Position numbers and translations under genes: made by a program
Source of the DNA: an uncultured delta proteobacterium
GTDB lineage: Bacteria > Myxococcota_A > Polyangia > Polyangiales > Houyiibacteriaceae
Assembly: GCA_963699755.1 (NCBI GenBank)
Contig: CAVOVB010000011.1
Location: 1 to 64,000 of the forward strand
DNA length: 64,000 bases
Direction of reading: 5' to 3'
Part shown: piece after piece, positions 19,880 to 30,267 of the stretch
Position numbering within the stretch: position 1 is the stretch's first letter
How the letters are laid out: each line of letters opens with the position of its first letter
Notes under the pieces: model-generated
The model's input: the letters and a program-made list of their open reading frames with translations, nothing else
What the model was told of the DNA's origin: nothing
Databases searched by the model: none

Positions 19880-21247
19880 ATGAGTCGAAAACTATTCGGA
19901 ACCGATGGCATTCGCGGCCTCGCGAATCGCGGGGACATGACACCAGAAGTCGCCTTTCGGATCGGCGCCGCGATCGCATATCAGGCGGGCAAGCGAGTCG
20001 AGCACGCGCCGCGAATCGTGGTCGGAAAGGATACGCGCCTGTCGGGCTACCTCTTTGAGACGGCGGTGGCTTCCGGCGTTTGCGCCCTCGGAGGCAAGGT
20101 TCTGCTATCGGGCCCGCTGCCAACCCCGGCAATTGCGCACCTCACCACGAGCATGCGGGCAGACGCAGGGGTGGTGATCAGCGCCTCGCACAACGCCTAT
20201 CAGGACAACGGTATCAAGATTTTCGGGCCAGACGGATTCAAGCTTCCCGATGAAGTCGAACAAGAAGTCGAGTCTCTGATCTTCGGATCCGAGCTCGACA
20301 AGAAGCGCCCGACGGGGACTCGTGTCGGCCGCGCGGAGCGCTTGGACGATGCGCCAGGCCGATATGTAGCGTTCGTGAAGGCGTCATTCCCCGACGAGCT
20401 GACCTTGGAAGGAGTGAAGATCGTCGTCGACGCAGCACATGGCGCAGCGTATCGAACCGCGCCGCTGGTTTTCTCCGAGCTCGGCGCGACGACCTATTCG
20501 ATCGGCGTGCGTCCCAACGGCAAGAACATCAACAGCAAGGTCGGTGCACTGCACCCGGAAGCCTGCGCGAAAGAGGTCCGGAAGCGTGGCGCGGATCTCG
20601 GCATTGCTCTGGACGGCGACGCCGACCGCATCATCATGATCGACGAAAAAGGCAACCAGATCGACGGTGACACGATTATGGCCCTCTGCGCTACGCGCAT
20701 GCTCCGCGCCAAGCGCCTTCGCAGGCGGACACTGGTCGCCACGGTCATGAGCAACCTCGGCCTCGAGCACGCGATGGAAAACGACAATGGCAAGCTCTTG
20801 CGCTGCGACGTCGGCGACCGCTACGTCGTCGAAGCCATGCGAAAAGGTGGCCTGAACTTTGGAGGGGAACAGTCTGGCCACTTGATCTTTCTCGACCATG
20901 CGACCACAGGCGATGGCTTGGTTGCAGCCATGCAAGTGCTGGCCATCTTGCTCCGCGAACAACGGCCACTCTCCGAGCTCGCAGCCGAGGCGATGCAGCG
21001 CGTTCCGCAGGTGCTGATAAACGTCACCCTACCCAATCGCCGCCCGCTCGAGGACCTGCCCAAGACCAGTCGAGCGATTGCGATCGCGGAAAAGTCTCTC
21101 GGCAAGAACGGTCGAGTCCTTGTCCGATGGAGCGGAACCGAGCCGAAGCTCCGCGTCATGATCGAGGGTCCCAAGCAGGACCGAATCAAGGCCATGGCCA
21201 ACGGCATCGCCGAAGAAGCGAAAAGGGAATTCAAGGCAGCCCGATAG
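19880..21247 (+). CDS. glmM: phosphoglucosamine mutase
   Basis: MSRKLFGTDGIRG, ISASHN, DGDADR, GGEQSGH, RWSGTEPKLRVM. Confidence 0.96.
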   Translation: MSRKLFGTDGIRGLANRGDMTPEVAFRIGAAIAYQAGKRVEHAPRIVVGKDTRLSGYLFETAVASGVCALGGKVLLSGPLPTPAIAHLTTSMRADAGVVISASHNAYQDNGIKIFGPDGFKLPDEVEQEVESLIFGSELDKKRPTGTRVGRAERLDDAPGRYVAFVKASFPDELTLEGVKIVVDAAHGAAYRTAPLVFSELGATTYSIGVRPNGKNINSKVGALHPEACAKEVRKRGADLGIALDGDADRIIMIDEKGNQIDGDTIMALCATRMLRAKRLRRRTLVATVMSNLGLEHAMENDNGKLLRCDVGDRYVVEAMRKGGLNFGGEQSGHLIFLDHATTGDGLVAAMQVLAILLREQRPLSELAAEAMQRVPQVLINVTLPNRRPLEDLPKTSRAIAIAEKSLGKNGRVLVRWSGTEPKLRVMIEGPKQDRIKAMANGIAEEAKREFKAAR

Positions 21248-21249
21248 AC

Positions 21250-21272
21250 GGCGAGAGGGGAAGCCCCTCGCC
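21250..21272. terminator. GC-rich hairpin between convergent glmM and cdaR
   Basis: GGCG-AG-AGGGG / AAG loop / CCCCT-CGCC; no U-tract. Confidence 0.35.
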
Positions 21273-21292
21273 CCCGCAAGACCGCTTCGCGC

Positions 21293-22261
21293 TCACGGCG
21301 CTGATGGGGCGGGGTCGTTCAGCAAGACCGTGATGGCCGCGGGCTCGATCTCGAGCACCTCGATCTCCCCGGGCAGGCCGCGAAGCTCGACTGGGACCGA
21401 CACTGGACCCTTCTTCATGGACATGTCACTCAAGTTCACGATGGCGAGCACCGAGGCCGGATTCAGCGCATCGACGAGCGCTTCGGGACCCCGAATGCGG
21501 GCGGCGACCGCGCGAGGTCGAAGCGTACGGGGAACCATGCCCTCCGCATCGACCCGTAGTGGCGAGAGCACGCGCGTGCTCAACTTGGGCTGAACGCGCA
21601 AGGTGACCAAGACACTTTGAGGCTCGAAGGTCGTATTCGCCGGGGCTGCGACGAGTTGAACCTCGCGCCGTACCACGCCTTCTTCGAGCGCGGAGACGTC
21701 GAGCCCCACCGAGCGAACGGTGCGCATCGAGTTGACGACATCGCGCGGGCCATCGACTTCGATGGTCTCGGGAAACACTTCGGGCTGGCCGGCCCACTCG
21801 AGGCCCGGAGCCAACTTGCCCTCCAGCAATGCTTCGATCGGAATCTCACGGACGGCCCGAGGCACCCACCTGAACACCAAGGACGGTGGAACGACCTGCA
21901 TCACCGAAACGCCCGCCGGCAAATCGAACATTTCCTTTTCGAAATAAAAGCGCGGGTCTTCACGGGTCTTGAGCTCGACGTCTACCGCCGGCAGGTTCTC
22001 TTGGCGGATCGCATTGAGGCGGGCTCGGCTGCCTTTGAGGCGCACGCGAACCCGATCTGGCGTTTCAGTCACGAGGATCATGTCTTGCGCATCGGGTGGA
22101 GGCCGAACGACCACGTCGACATAGACGTTTCGCTCCATGTCCTCTGCGCCGTGCACGAGCGAGAACATGAGGATCGCAATCCCGAGCGCGCTGGCTTTGA
22201 GTCCCAGGTTCTCGGTGACGAAGAGCCGCACGGAATTCAGCGATTCGACGAGCGCGCTCAC
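21293..22261 (-). CDS. cdaR: CdaR/YbbR-like diadenylate cyclase regulator
   Basis: N-terminal membrane helix (ENLGLKASALGIAILMF) plus repeated YbbR-like beta domains (V-V-L-GS, I-V-GP); overlaps cdaA. Confidence 0.85.
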   Translation of the reverse strand: MSALVESLNSVRLFVTENLGLKASALGIAILMFSLVHGAEDMERNVYVDVVVRPPPDAQDMILVTETPDRVRVRLKGSRARLNAIRQENLPAVDVELKTREDPRFYFEKEMFDLPAGVSVMQVVPPSLVFRWVPRAVREIPIEALLEGKLAPGLEWAGQPEVFPETIEVDGPRDVVNSMRTVRSVGLDVSALEEGVVRREVQLVAAPANTTFEPQSVLVTLRVQPKLSTRVLSPLRVDAEGMVPRTLRPRAVAARIRGPEALVDALNPASVLAIVNLSDMSMKKGPVSVPVELRGLPGEIEVLEIEPAAITVLLNDPAPSAP

Positions 22262-23187
22262 CGCGTTTCCTCGACCTTTTTGACGGTAATGACGGACTCG
22301 GAGCTCTGCGAACGGCTCGATTCGGGAGGTGCCAAGGTCGTGCGGCGATCGGCCGCCTTACGACGATTGCGCTTGGGTGCATAAAACAGGCCGTAGAGCG
22401 CGTCCCGCAGCGAGGCCACGTCTAGGTTCCGAACGATGTTGCCGTCGAAGCAGAGCGAAATGGCGCCGCGCTCTTCACTGACCACGACCACGACCGCGTC
22501 GGTTTCTTCGGTGATGCCGATGCCGGCGCGGTGACGCGCGCCCAAGGAACGGTCCCCTCCGGCGGAGCCCGCCATCGGCAGGAACACGCCTGCCTGCCAG
22601 ATGCGTCCTTCACGAACGATGACAGCGCCGTCGTGCATCGGATTCTCGAAGCTCGGTACGAACACGCTATGCAAGAGCTCCTTGCTAACAGCCGCATCGA
22701 CCTCGGTCCCGCGTTCGATGAACTCGTCGAGCGCAGCGCTTCGCTCGAAGGCGATCAACGCGCCAATTCGCTTCTGTGCAAGCGTTCCTGCAGCTTTGAT
22801 CACCTCTTCGATGGTTTGCGTCTCCTTTGCGGTGCGCTGCCCGCGCAGCAAGGGTCGCCTCCCCATTCGCGCCAAGGCGCGCCGAATGTCTGATTGGAAG
22901 ATGATGACGACGATGACCGCGAGGTAGGCGAGCACCGAATCCAAAATAGTCGTGACAGTCACCAAGCCGACACGACGCGCAAGCAAATAGCCGACAAAGA
23001 CTAGGCACAGGCCGATGGCCACCTGCATCGCGCGGGTCCCGCGCAAGATGACCAAGGCCCAGTAGATCAGGACCGCTACCAGGCCTATGTCGAGGCAGTC
23101 GTGAAGCACGTCCCAAGGGCTTCGCTGGAAGAAGCTCGAGAAGCCGGCGCCGAGCTCGCTCAGCACGCTGGTAAGCACGTCGATCAC
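22258..23187 (-). CDS. cdaA: diadenylate cyclase CdaA/DacA
   Basis: N-terminal membrane helices, IIFQSDIRRAL, catalytic HDGA and GARHRAG motifs, VVSEERG. Confidence 0.95.
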   Translation of the reverse strand: MIDVLTSVLSELGAGFSSFFQRSPWDVLHDCLDIGLVAVLIYWALVILRGTRAMQVAIGLCLVFVGYLLARRVGLVTVTTILDSVLAYLAVIVVIIFQSDIRRALARMGRRPLLRGQRTAKETQTIEEVIKAAGTLAQKRIGALIAFERSAALDEFIERGTEVDAAVSKELLHSVFVPSFENPMHDGAVIVREGRIWQAGVFLPMAGSAGGDRSLGARHRAGIGITEETDAVVVVVSEERGAISLCFDGNIVRNLDVASLRDALYGLFYAPKRNRRKAADRRTTLAPPESSRSQSSESVITVKKVEETR

Positions 23188-24029
23188 GGAGGGCCTCCTC
23201 CTGCATCGCGCAGCGCCTCGCTGAAGCGGATCAATTGATGCATCGCGAATACGTCATGTACACGGACGGCATCGACTCCGGCCGCCACGCAGGCCGCGAC
23301 TGCCGCGGCCGTGCCGCCCAGGCGCTCATCGGCGGACGGATGCTTTCCGCCTCGGTTAGGCGCAAGCTCGGCGATGAAGGATTTCCGCGAAGGCCCCACA
23401 AGTATACGGTATCCGGTCTTTCGAAAACGCCCAAGAGAACTTAGAAGCGCCGCGGATTGAGCCGCCGTCTTGGCGAACCCAAGCCCCGGATCGAGCCAAA
23501 CCGAGCCCCGCGGCACCCCGGCACGCTCCACGCGTTCAGCTGCCGCCAAGAGCTCGCCCAGGACGTCCTCAACGACGTCTCCGTAGTCGATGTTTGGCGA
23601 GCACACTTCGCCGCTCCCACGGTTGTGCATGATGACGTAGTCGGCGCTTGCCGCCGCAGCGGCCTCCGCAAGCGCCGGAGCCTCAGCGCAGCGCACGTCG
23701 TTGACGATCACTGCGCCAGCGGCGAGAGCGGCGGCAGCGACCTCGGGCTTGACCGTGTCGATGGAAATCCGGGCGCCCAGCTCGAGGGCGAGCTTCTCGA
23801 TGACGGGCACTACGCGCAAAATCTCCTCGCCGGCGGGCACCCGGTCGAAACCTTCCCCGTAGGTCCGGCCTGCAGGCCTCGAGGACTCCCCCCCGACATC
23901 GAGCACATCGGCGCCCTCCCCTAGCAAGCGCCGCCCATGATCGACAGCCGCGCGGGGATTGAGGTACTTGCCTCCGTCGCTGAATGAATCTGGCGTCACA
24001 TTGAGGACGCCCCACAGCTCGGGCATCAA
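23184..24029 (-). CDS. folP: dihydropteroate synthase
   Basis: GVLNVTPDSFSDGG, DVGGESSRP, DPGLGFAK, SRKSF, RVHDV. Confidence 0.96.
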   Translation of the reverse strand: MMPELWGVLNVTPDSFSDGGKYLNPRAAVDHGRRLLGEGADVLDVGGESSRPAGRTYGEGFDRVPAGEEILRVVPVIEKLALELGARISIDTVKPEVAAAALAAGAVIVNDVRCAEAPALAEAAAAASADYVIMHNRGSGEVCSPNIDYGDVVEDVLGELLAAAERVERAGVPRGSVWLDPGLGFAKTAAQSAALLSSLGRFRKTGYRILVGPSRKSFIAELAPNRGGKHPSADERLGGTAAAVAACVAAGVDAVRVHDVFAMHQLIRFSEALRDAGGGPP

Positions 24030-24041
24030 GACCTCCGTCTA

Positions 24042-25985
24042 CTACCCTGCGCTTGGGACCTCTCGCGGGCGAGGCTGAAAGATAGCTCCCTTTCGCTTTT
24101 CTTCGCTTTCGCGGCGCTTCTCCGCGTAGGTCGGCACGCTCACGATGACCGGCGGCGGCAAATCCTTGCCGCTCATGATCGCCTCGATTTCGTCTCGACC
24201 GAGGGTCTCCCGCTCGAGCAAGGCCTGGGCGATGGCATCGAGCTCTGCCCGGTGCCCTTCGATGACAACCTTCGCACGGTCGTATTGAGCGCTGATGATA
24301 CGGCGGACCTCATCGTCGATTTCCTTGGCAGTCTCTTCGGAGTAGTCTTTGTGATACGACTGACCGAGGAAGCCGGACTCTTCCTTCTCGACGTAAGAGA
24401 GCGGACCGAGGCGGGTGCTCATGCCCCATTCCGTCACCATCGAGCGAGCGAGCTGGGTCGCCTTCTTGAAGTCATCGGAGGCGCCCGTCGTCAGTTGGCC
24501 GAAGACCACCTCTTCGGCGAGTCGACCACCGAGGGCCATGGCAATTCTGTCACGCACCCACTCGGCGCTATAGCTCTGTCGGTCTTCTTCGGGCAGGGCC
24601 ATCGTGAGGCCGAGCGCCGGACCGCGCGGAATGATCGTGACCTTGTGAATTGGGTCGTGGTTCGGCAACATCCACGCCACCAGCGTGTGTCCGGCTTCAT
24701 GGTACGCCGTGGTCTTGCGCTCGTGCTCGCTGATGACCATCGAACGACGCTCGGAGCCCATCATGACTTTGTCCTTGGCCATCTCGAAGTCCGACATCGA
24801 GACGAGGTCCTTGTCTTGACGCGCAGCCAGGAGCGCAGCCTCGTTGACGAGGTTCTCGAGGTCGGCGCCCGAAAAGCCCGGAGTGCCACGTGAAATGATG
24901 TCGAGCTGCACGTCGTCACCGAGCGGAACACGCCGGGTGTGCACTGCGAGGATGCCCTGGCGCCCGTTCAAGTCCGGCCTGGGCACGATGATCCGCCGGT
25001 CGAAACGGCCCGGACGAAGGATTGCCGGGTCGAGGACATCGGGCCGGTTGGTCGCGGCGATGATGATGACGCCTTCGCTCGATTCGAAGCCATCCATCTC
25101 GACCAGGAGCTGGTTCAAGGTCTGCTCGCGCTCGTCGTGACCACCGCCGAGGCCGGAGCCACGATGACGGCCTACCGCATCGATCTCGTCGATGAAGATG
25201 ATGCAGGGCGCATGCTTCTTGCCTTGCTCGAACAAATCACGGACGCGTGAAGCACCGACGCCGACGAACATCTCGACGAAGTCCGAGCCCGAAATGCTGA
25301 AGAAGGGAACGCCCGCCTCGCCCGCGATCGCGCGAGCGAGCAGCGTTTTGCCGGTGCCAGGAGCACCCATCAGGAGCACGCCCTTCGGGATGCGGCCGCC
25401 GAGTCGCTGGAACTTCTTCGGATCTTTGAGGAAGGCGATGATCTCTTCGCAGTCGTCTTTGGCCTCGTCGATGCCAGCGACGTCCTTGAAGGTCACCTTG
25501 TTCTGGGACTCGTTGAGCAAGCGCGCACGCGACTTACCAAAGCTCATCGCCTTGCCGCCGGACGCCTGAAGCTGGCGCATGAAGAACAGAAGGATGCCAA
25601 CGAGGAAGATCATAGGAAGCCAGGTCACGAGGATGCTCGTCCAGAGACTGTTTTGATCTTCGGGCAGATACTCGACGCTGACTTCGTTATCGAGGAGCTG
25701 CTGGTTGATCTGCTCGCCCATGATCCCAACGGTAACTTTCTCGTTGCGGACGCCCCGCTGACCTTGTGTGCTTTCGTCTGCAGCCTTGAGCCAGTACGTG
25801 TACTCGCCGCTGTTGTCTTGTGGACGGATTCTGACTTTCTTGACTTTGCCCGCAGCGACGTCGGTGACGAACTCGCTAAACGGAACGCTCCTCGGCTGCT
25901 CCTCGCGCGCGACGAAGTTGAAGATCACGATGCACATCAGGATCACGAGAACCCAGAAGAGCAGTGTTTTTTGGCTTTGTTTCAT
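24042..25985 (-). CDS. ftsH: ATP-dependent zinc metalloprotease FtsH
   Basis: Two membrane helices, Walker [21 protein letters not shown] zinc motif; start MKQSQKT. Confidence 0.97.
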   Translation of the reverse strand: MKQSQKTLLFWVLVILMCIVIFNFVAREEQPRSVPFSEFVTDVAAGKVKKVRIRPQDNSGEYTYWLKAADESTQGQRGVRNEKVTVGIMGEQINQQLLDNEVSVEYLPEDQNSLWTSILVTWLPMIFLVGILLFFMRQLQASGGKAMSFGKSRARLLNESQNKVTFKDVAGIDEAKDDCEEIIAFLKDPKKFQRLGGRIPKGVLLMGAPGTGKTLLARAIAGEAGVPFFSISGSDFVEMFVGVGASRVRDLFEQGKKHAPCIIFIDEIDAVGRHRGSGLGGGHDEREQTLNQLLVEMDGFESSEGVIIIAATNRPDVLDPAILRPGRFDRRIIVPRPDLNGRQGILAVHTRRVPLGDDVQLDIISRGTPGFSGADLENLVNEAALLAARQDKDLVSMSDFEMAKDKVMMGSERRSMVISEHERKTTAYHEAGHTLVAWMLPNHDPIHKVTIIPRGPALGLTMALPEEDRQSYSAEWVRDRIAMALGGRLAEEVVFGQLTTGASDDFKKATQLARSMVTEWGMSTRLGPLSYVEKEESGFLGQSYHKDYSEETAKEIDDEVRRIISAQYDRAKVVIEGHRAELDAIAQALLERETLGRDEIEAIMSGKDLPPPVIVSVPTYAEKRRESEEKRKGAIFQPRPREVPSAG

Positions 25986-26108
25986 ATGGTAAGGCGGGAG
26001 GCGAGACTGAGCTGTCGAGCGAGCTGGGAGCCGCAACCCCTCTTCATCTTTGTGAGGCCGCAGAGCCCACTTGGCAACCTTCGCCCGCTTTGGCGACTCG
26101 AGGGCGAC

Positions 26109-27071
26109 TCAGGAGCGATTGCTGCGTGTTCTTCGGTGCTCACGATATTCCAACGAAAGCCCGCCGCTTTGCCGACGGGCCAACCACCCTGATCCTAGCA
26201 GGACCTCCCCCTGAGCCGTAAGAAGCCTGCCGAGCTCGACCAGGTGGCTGCGATGTGGGGTTAAGCCCGTTTCCTGCGCGATCCAGCCCCGTAACCATCG
26301 AATCCGAATCGGCGCGGCGATCTCGTTCAGTCTGTCGATCGGGATCCTCCGCACGCCCAGCGGCGGCAGCTCGGGAACCTGTGCGTCGAGGTAGGTATTG
26401 AGCTCGGCGGCCTCGTCACCGAGTGCGCTGAGATGCTCGACCAGTCGAGGGTCCTCGACCAGGAGCGCCGGCAAGATCTCGTGACGAATCCGAACCCGCT
26501 CGAAGGCTCGTTGATGATTCGACGGGTCATCGACGAACGGAAGCCTCCGATCGAGCGCATAGGCTCGAAGATCGGATCGCCGGCAATCGAGCAGCGGACG
26601 GATCACCCCATCAGCGCGTCGCGCCTCGATTCCCCCGAGGCCGCGAATCCCCGCCCCGCGCAGAATCCTAGCAAGCACCGTTTCGGCCTGGTCGTCCTGG
26701 CTGTGTCCCACCGCGATGCTCGCTGCGCCTCGCGACCGCGCGATCTCTTGAAGTGCCCGATAGCGGAGCGTGCGCGCCCGTCCCTGAATCGAGGCCCCTT
26801 CCCTCGGCACTTCGACCCGGGCTGTATGAAACGGAACCCCGAGACTATTGCTCAATGAAGCGACCTGCTCGACCTCCAACGCGGATTCAGGTCTGAGGCC
26901 GTGATCGATCGAAGCCACGCAGAGGGTGATGCCAAGCTCGACACGCAGGCGATGGAGCACGTCTACGAGGGCCGTCGAGTCCGGCCCTCCAGAGCACGCG
27001 ACCAGCACGTGGTCTCCGGGAGAAGCCAGGCCGCGCTCGCGTACGGTCCGCCGCACCCTCGAGGTGATCAT
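26109..27071 (-). CDS. tilS: tRNA(Ile)-lysidine synthase (short form)
   Basis: SGGPDS PP-loop, DHGLR, GHSQDDQAET, DDPSN...R-RIR. Confidence 0.94.
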   Translation of the reverse strand: MITSRVRRTVRERGLASPGDHVLVACSGGPDSTALVDVLHRLRVELGITLCVASIDHGLRPESALEVEQVASLSNSLGVPFHTARVEVPREGASIQGRARTLRYRALQEIARSRGAASIAVGHSQDDQAETVLARILRGAGIRGLGGIEARRADGVIRPLLDCRRSDLRAYALDRRLPFVDDPSNHQRAFERVRIRHEILPALLVEDPRLVEHLSALGDEAAELNTYLDAQVPELPPLGVRRIPIDRLNEIAAPIRIRWLRGWIAQETGLTPHRSHLVELGRLLTAQGEVLLGSGWLARRQSGGLSLEYREHRRTRSNRS

Positions 27072-27080
27072 GAAGGGACG

Positions 27081-27689
27081 CTAAAACACGCCCGACGCGA
27101 GGGAAAGCCGCATCTCGGTTCGGTCGCGGAGGCCACCCATTCGTGCGGTTTCGGCATCTCGCTGGGCCCGTCTAGAAAACGAAAAGCCTGGCGCGGCGAC
27201 ACGAAGTCCCGAACGTGAGCGCCGAAGAAGCCCGGGCCCTGCCTCGGCGGTCTCGAATGCGCGTTGCTCCCTTTCGCTTCGGAGCTCGATTTGCGGCGAT
27301 GGCTCCCAGCGATCCTGTCGCTCCTTTCGGACGCCTTTGAAGGTGGCCAGGATGGCAGGCATCACGCCGGCCAAGCCGACGACGAGCGCTGCGATCGAAC
27401 CCTTCTCACGGCCGGGTTTGTCGAGGGCAAAGTACCCTGCAAGCGCACCGCCGGTAGCGCCGATGATCGGGAACACCGATAGCGCCCAAGCTTTGTTGAG
27501 GCCCGAGACGGAAGGAATGATCAGCCCGAGCTCGGCGCCGACCAGGCCGAGGCCGATGGTGCCCTTCGGTGTGGCCCGAAGCTCGCCGAAGCTCGTCGAG
27601 GAGCCCTGAGCTTCGGCCGCGTGCGGGACAGCCGACAGTGAAATCACCGCCGCAAGTGCCCATGCACATCCGAATCGTTCCCAGCTCAC
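27081..27689 (-). CDS. hypothetical membrane protein
   Basis: Signal-like N-terminus and three Gly-rich hydrophobic segments; 9 nt upstream of tilS on the same strand. Confidence 0.65.
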   Translation of the reverse strand: MSWERFGCAWALAAVISLSAVPHAAEAQGSSTSFGELRATPKGTIGLGLVGAELGLIIPSVSGLNKAWALSVFPIIGATGGALAGYFALDKPGREKGSIAALVVGLAGVMPAILATFKGVRKERQDRWEPSPQIELRSEREQRAFETAEAGPGLLRRSRSGLRVAAPGFSFSRRAQRDAETARMGGLRDRTEMRLSLASGVF

Positions 27690-27810
27690 ATCCCCCTCCG
27701 ACTGCCTGAGCGCCTACAGTACACGCCGGCCGAAACGGCTGCAACCACGCGAGGTTGCGCCCGGGACCATTTGCCTTGAATTCGCCGGATGTCCACCCAA
27801 GAATCCGGCG

Positions 27811-28590
27811 ATGAAGGAGCGCGATTTTCAATCCCTGCTCGTGGAGCTGAACGGGCATATCGTCACCCTGACGTTCAACAAGCCAGAAAAAAAGAACCCT
27901 CTGAGCCAGGAGCTGGTAAACGAGCTTCTTTGGGCCCTCGACGACGCCGAATCCTCCGATGACGTGCGGGTGATCGTTCTCACCGGCGCCGGGAACGCGT
28001 TCAGTGCAGGCGCAGATCTGAAGGGCATGAACGCGGAAAGGGGAAAGCTCGAAAAGAAAGGCGAGTTCGATGATTTGCTGCTCCGCTTCGACTCGATGAA
28101 GAAGCCGATAGTGGCCCGCGTTCCAGGGTACGTCATGGGCGGGGCGATGGGGATCGTCGCATGTTGCCACTTCGCCATCGCGTGCGAGAGCGCGATTCTC
28201 GGAACACCGGAGATCAAGCGTGGCTTGTTCCCGATGATGATCATGGCTGTGCTACAGCGGGTCATACACTCGCGCGAGCTCCTGAAGCTCATGCTGCTGG
28301 GCGACAAGATCACGGCGGCCAAGGCGAAAGAGATCGGCCTACTCACCGAGGTAGTGCCCGACGATCAGCTCGATGCCCGAGTCGCTGAGCTCGCGGGCCA
28401 GCTCGCAAAGCAATCGCCCAATGCGATGCGGATGGGCCTCAACGCCTTCAACGAGCAACGCCAGATGCCGGTAGAGAAGGCGCTGCCCTATCTTCGCGAG
28501 CAGCTCTATGCGCTGCTTGCTAGCGAGGACGCCAAAGAAGGTCTCGCTGCGTTCTTTCAGAAACGCGAGCCTCAGTGGACCGGGCGCTAG
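27811..28590 (+). CDS. enoyl-CoA hydratase/isomerase (crotonase) family protein
   Basis: AFSAGADLK, VMGGAMG, PEIKRGL, EDAKEGLAAFFQKREPQW. Confidence 0.92.
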   Translation: MKERDFQSLLVELNGHIVTLTFNKPEKKNPLSQELVNELLWALDDAESSDDVRVIVLTGAGNAFSAGADLKGMNAERGKLEKKGEFDDLLLRFDSMKKPIVARVPGYVMGGAMGIVACCHFAIACESAILGTPEIKRGLFPMMIMAVLQRVIHSRELLKLMLLGDKITAAKAKEIGLLTEVVPDDQLDARVAELAGQLAKQSPNAMRMGLNAFNEQRQMPVEKALPYLREQLYALLASEDAKEGLAAFFQKREPQWTGR

Positions 28591-30263
28591 TCCAGCACGT
28601 CCTTCACGAGGAGCTCGACGGAGCGCCCGCCCATCCAGTGGTCGGGCTGGAACTCACCGACTAGCTTGAGGTCTGCGCGTCGTTCCACGCGCGAGAACAT
28701 CCCCGGCGCGAATGCGCGAATCGAATCCTGACCCACGCGCAACTTGAGCTTTCCGTGGACCAGGCCTTCCCCGACTCCGATCGCTTCGACGACGTGCGCA
28801 TCGAGCAAGAACGTGGGTGCCGGGTGACCTTCGCCAAACGGGCCGAGGCGCTGCAAGTCCTCGACCGTCGGAACCCTGAACGCCCCACCAAGAGCAACGT
28901 CGATTTGGACTTCCCGCCGCTCGCCCCCCAAAGACCCCTGCGTCGCCTCTAGAAAGCAGGCGCGAAAGGCATCGAGCGCGCGCCTCTGCAGCGAAAGCCC
29001 CGCTGCCGCCCGGTGGCCACCCCATGCACTCAGATGCGCTGCACAGTCGGCGAGGGCGCGATAGATATCGACGTGGGCCGTCGTTCGAACGCTGCCATGG
29101 CCGTGCGCCCCGTCGAAAGCGATTGCCACCACAGGGACCCCGAATTCGTCAACCAGGCGGGCCGCCACGATACCGACGACCCCGCGGTGCCAGGTATCGC
29201 CTGCGACCACCATACCCTGCTCCGGTGCCTCGCCGTAGAGCTCGAGCACCTGCGCGCGTGCCTCCTCCGTCGCCTGCTTTGTGAGCAACTTTCGCTCATC
29301 GTTTCGTGCCTCGACGTCCTGGAGCAAGCTCCACGCCTCCTTTGCGGTCCTGGCGGTGAGGAAAAGAAGGGTGAGGTCGGCGACGCCGAGCCTGCCTGGA
29401 GCATTGAGCCGGGGCGAGAAGCGAAAGGCCACGTCGCGGGCGGTGAGCTGTGCCGACTCGGGGATCTTGGTCGCTTGCCGAAGCACTGCGAGCGCCGGCC
29501 TCCCATGGACGGAGCCGATGGTCTTCAAGCCGGCTCGAACCAAACGCCGATTGTCGCCGGTCAGCGGTGCGACGTCGGCGATCGTTCCAATCGCGACCAG
29601 GTCCAACCAGGCGCGGAGATCGAGCGCCGCGCCGAGCTTGCTGCGAAGCGCCGCGCCAAGCGAAAAGGCGAGACCTGCGCTGCAAAGGCCCTTGTAGGCA
29701 AAGTCGCAGTCCGGCCGATGCGGATTGAGAAAGGCAAAAGCGGGAAGCGCCTCTTCGGGGACGAGGTGGTGATCGACCACGATGACGTCCACGCCGGCGG
29801 CCCTGGCCTTCTCGATTCGCTCATGATCGCTCGAGCCGCAATCGCAGGTGACGAGGAGGCTGGGCCGTTCGGAGAGGCAGCGATGCACGGCCTGCTCACT
29901 GAGTCCGTATCCACCATGGAATCGGTCGGCAATGAGCGTCCGCACTTGTCCGCCGAGGGCGCCGATGACCTCACTTAGAATCACCGCCGAGGTAGTGCCG
30001 TCAACGTCGTAGTCGCCGAAGACCACGATGCGCTCACCGGCGCGAATGGCTCGCGCGATCCGCTCCGAGGCCAATGCCCGGTCTGCCATTTGTTCCGGGT
30101 CGCTCAGGCCGCGCAGCGTGGCATCGAGGAACGGCTGGGCCTCGTCGCCATCACGGATACCCCGATTCAGAAGCACCTGAGCCGCCGTTAGCCCGAGGCC
30201 CGAGGAGTCGGCCAGCATGCCTGCCGCCCGCTCGTCGGAAGGCTGCACCCGATACCGATCCAC
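28587..30263 (-). CDS. recJ: ssDNA-specific exonuclease RecJ
   Basis: GDYDVDG, TCDCG, VDHH, IGTIADV, PRLNAPGR, WGGHRAAAG; GTG start just after the secF stop. Confidence 0.94.
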   Translation of the reverse strand: MDRYRVQPSDERAAGMLADSSGLGLTAAQVLLNRGIRDGDEAQPFLDATLRGLSDPEQMADRALASERIARAIRAGERIVVFGDYDVDGTTSAVILSEVIGALGGQVRTLIADRFHGGYGLSEQAVHRCLSERPSLLVTCDCGSSDHERIEKARAAGVDVIVVDHHLVPEEALPAFAFLNPHRPDCDFAYKGLCSAGLAFSLGAALRSKLGAALDLRAWLDLVAIGTIADVAPLTGDNRRLVRAGLKTIGSVHGRPALAVLRQATKIPESAQLTARDVAFRFSPRLNAPGRLGVADLTLLFLTARTAKEAWSLLQDVEARNDERKLLTKQATEEARAQVLELYGEAPEQGMVVAGDTWHRGVVGIVAARLVDEFGVPVVAIAFDGAHGHGSVRTTAHVDIYRALADCAAHLSAWGGHRAAAGLSLQRRALDAFRACFLEATQGSLGGERREVQIDVALGGAFRVPTVEDLQRLGPFGEGHPAPTFLLDAHVVEAIGVGEGLVHGKLKLRVGQDSIRAFAPGMFSRVERRADLKLVGEFQPDHWMGGRSVELLVKDVLD

Positions 30264-30267
30264 GGTG

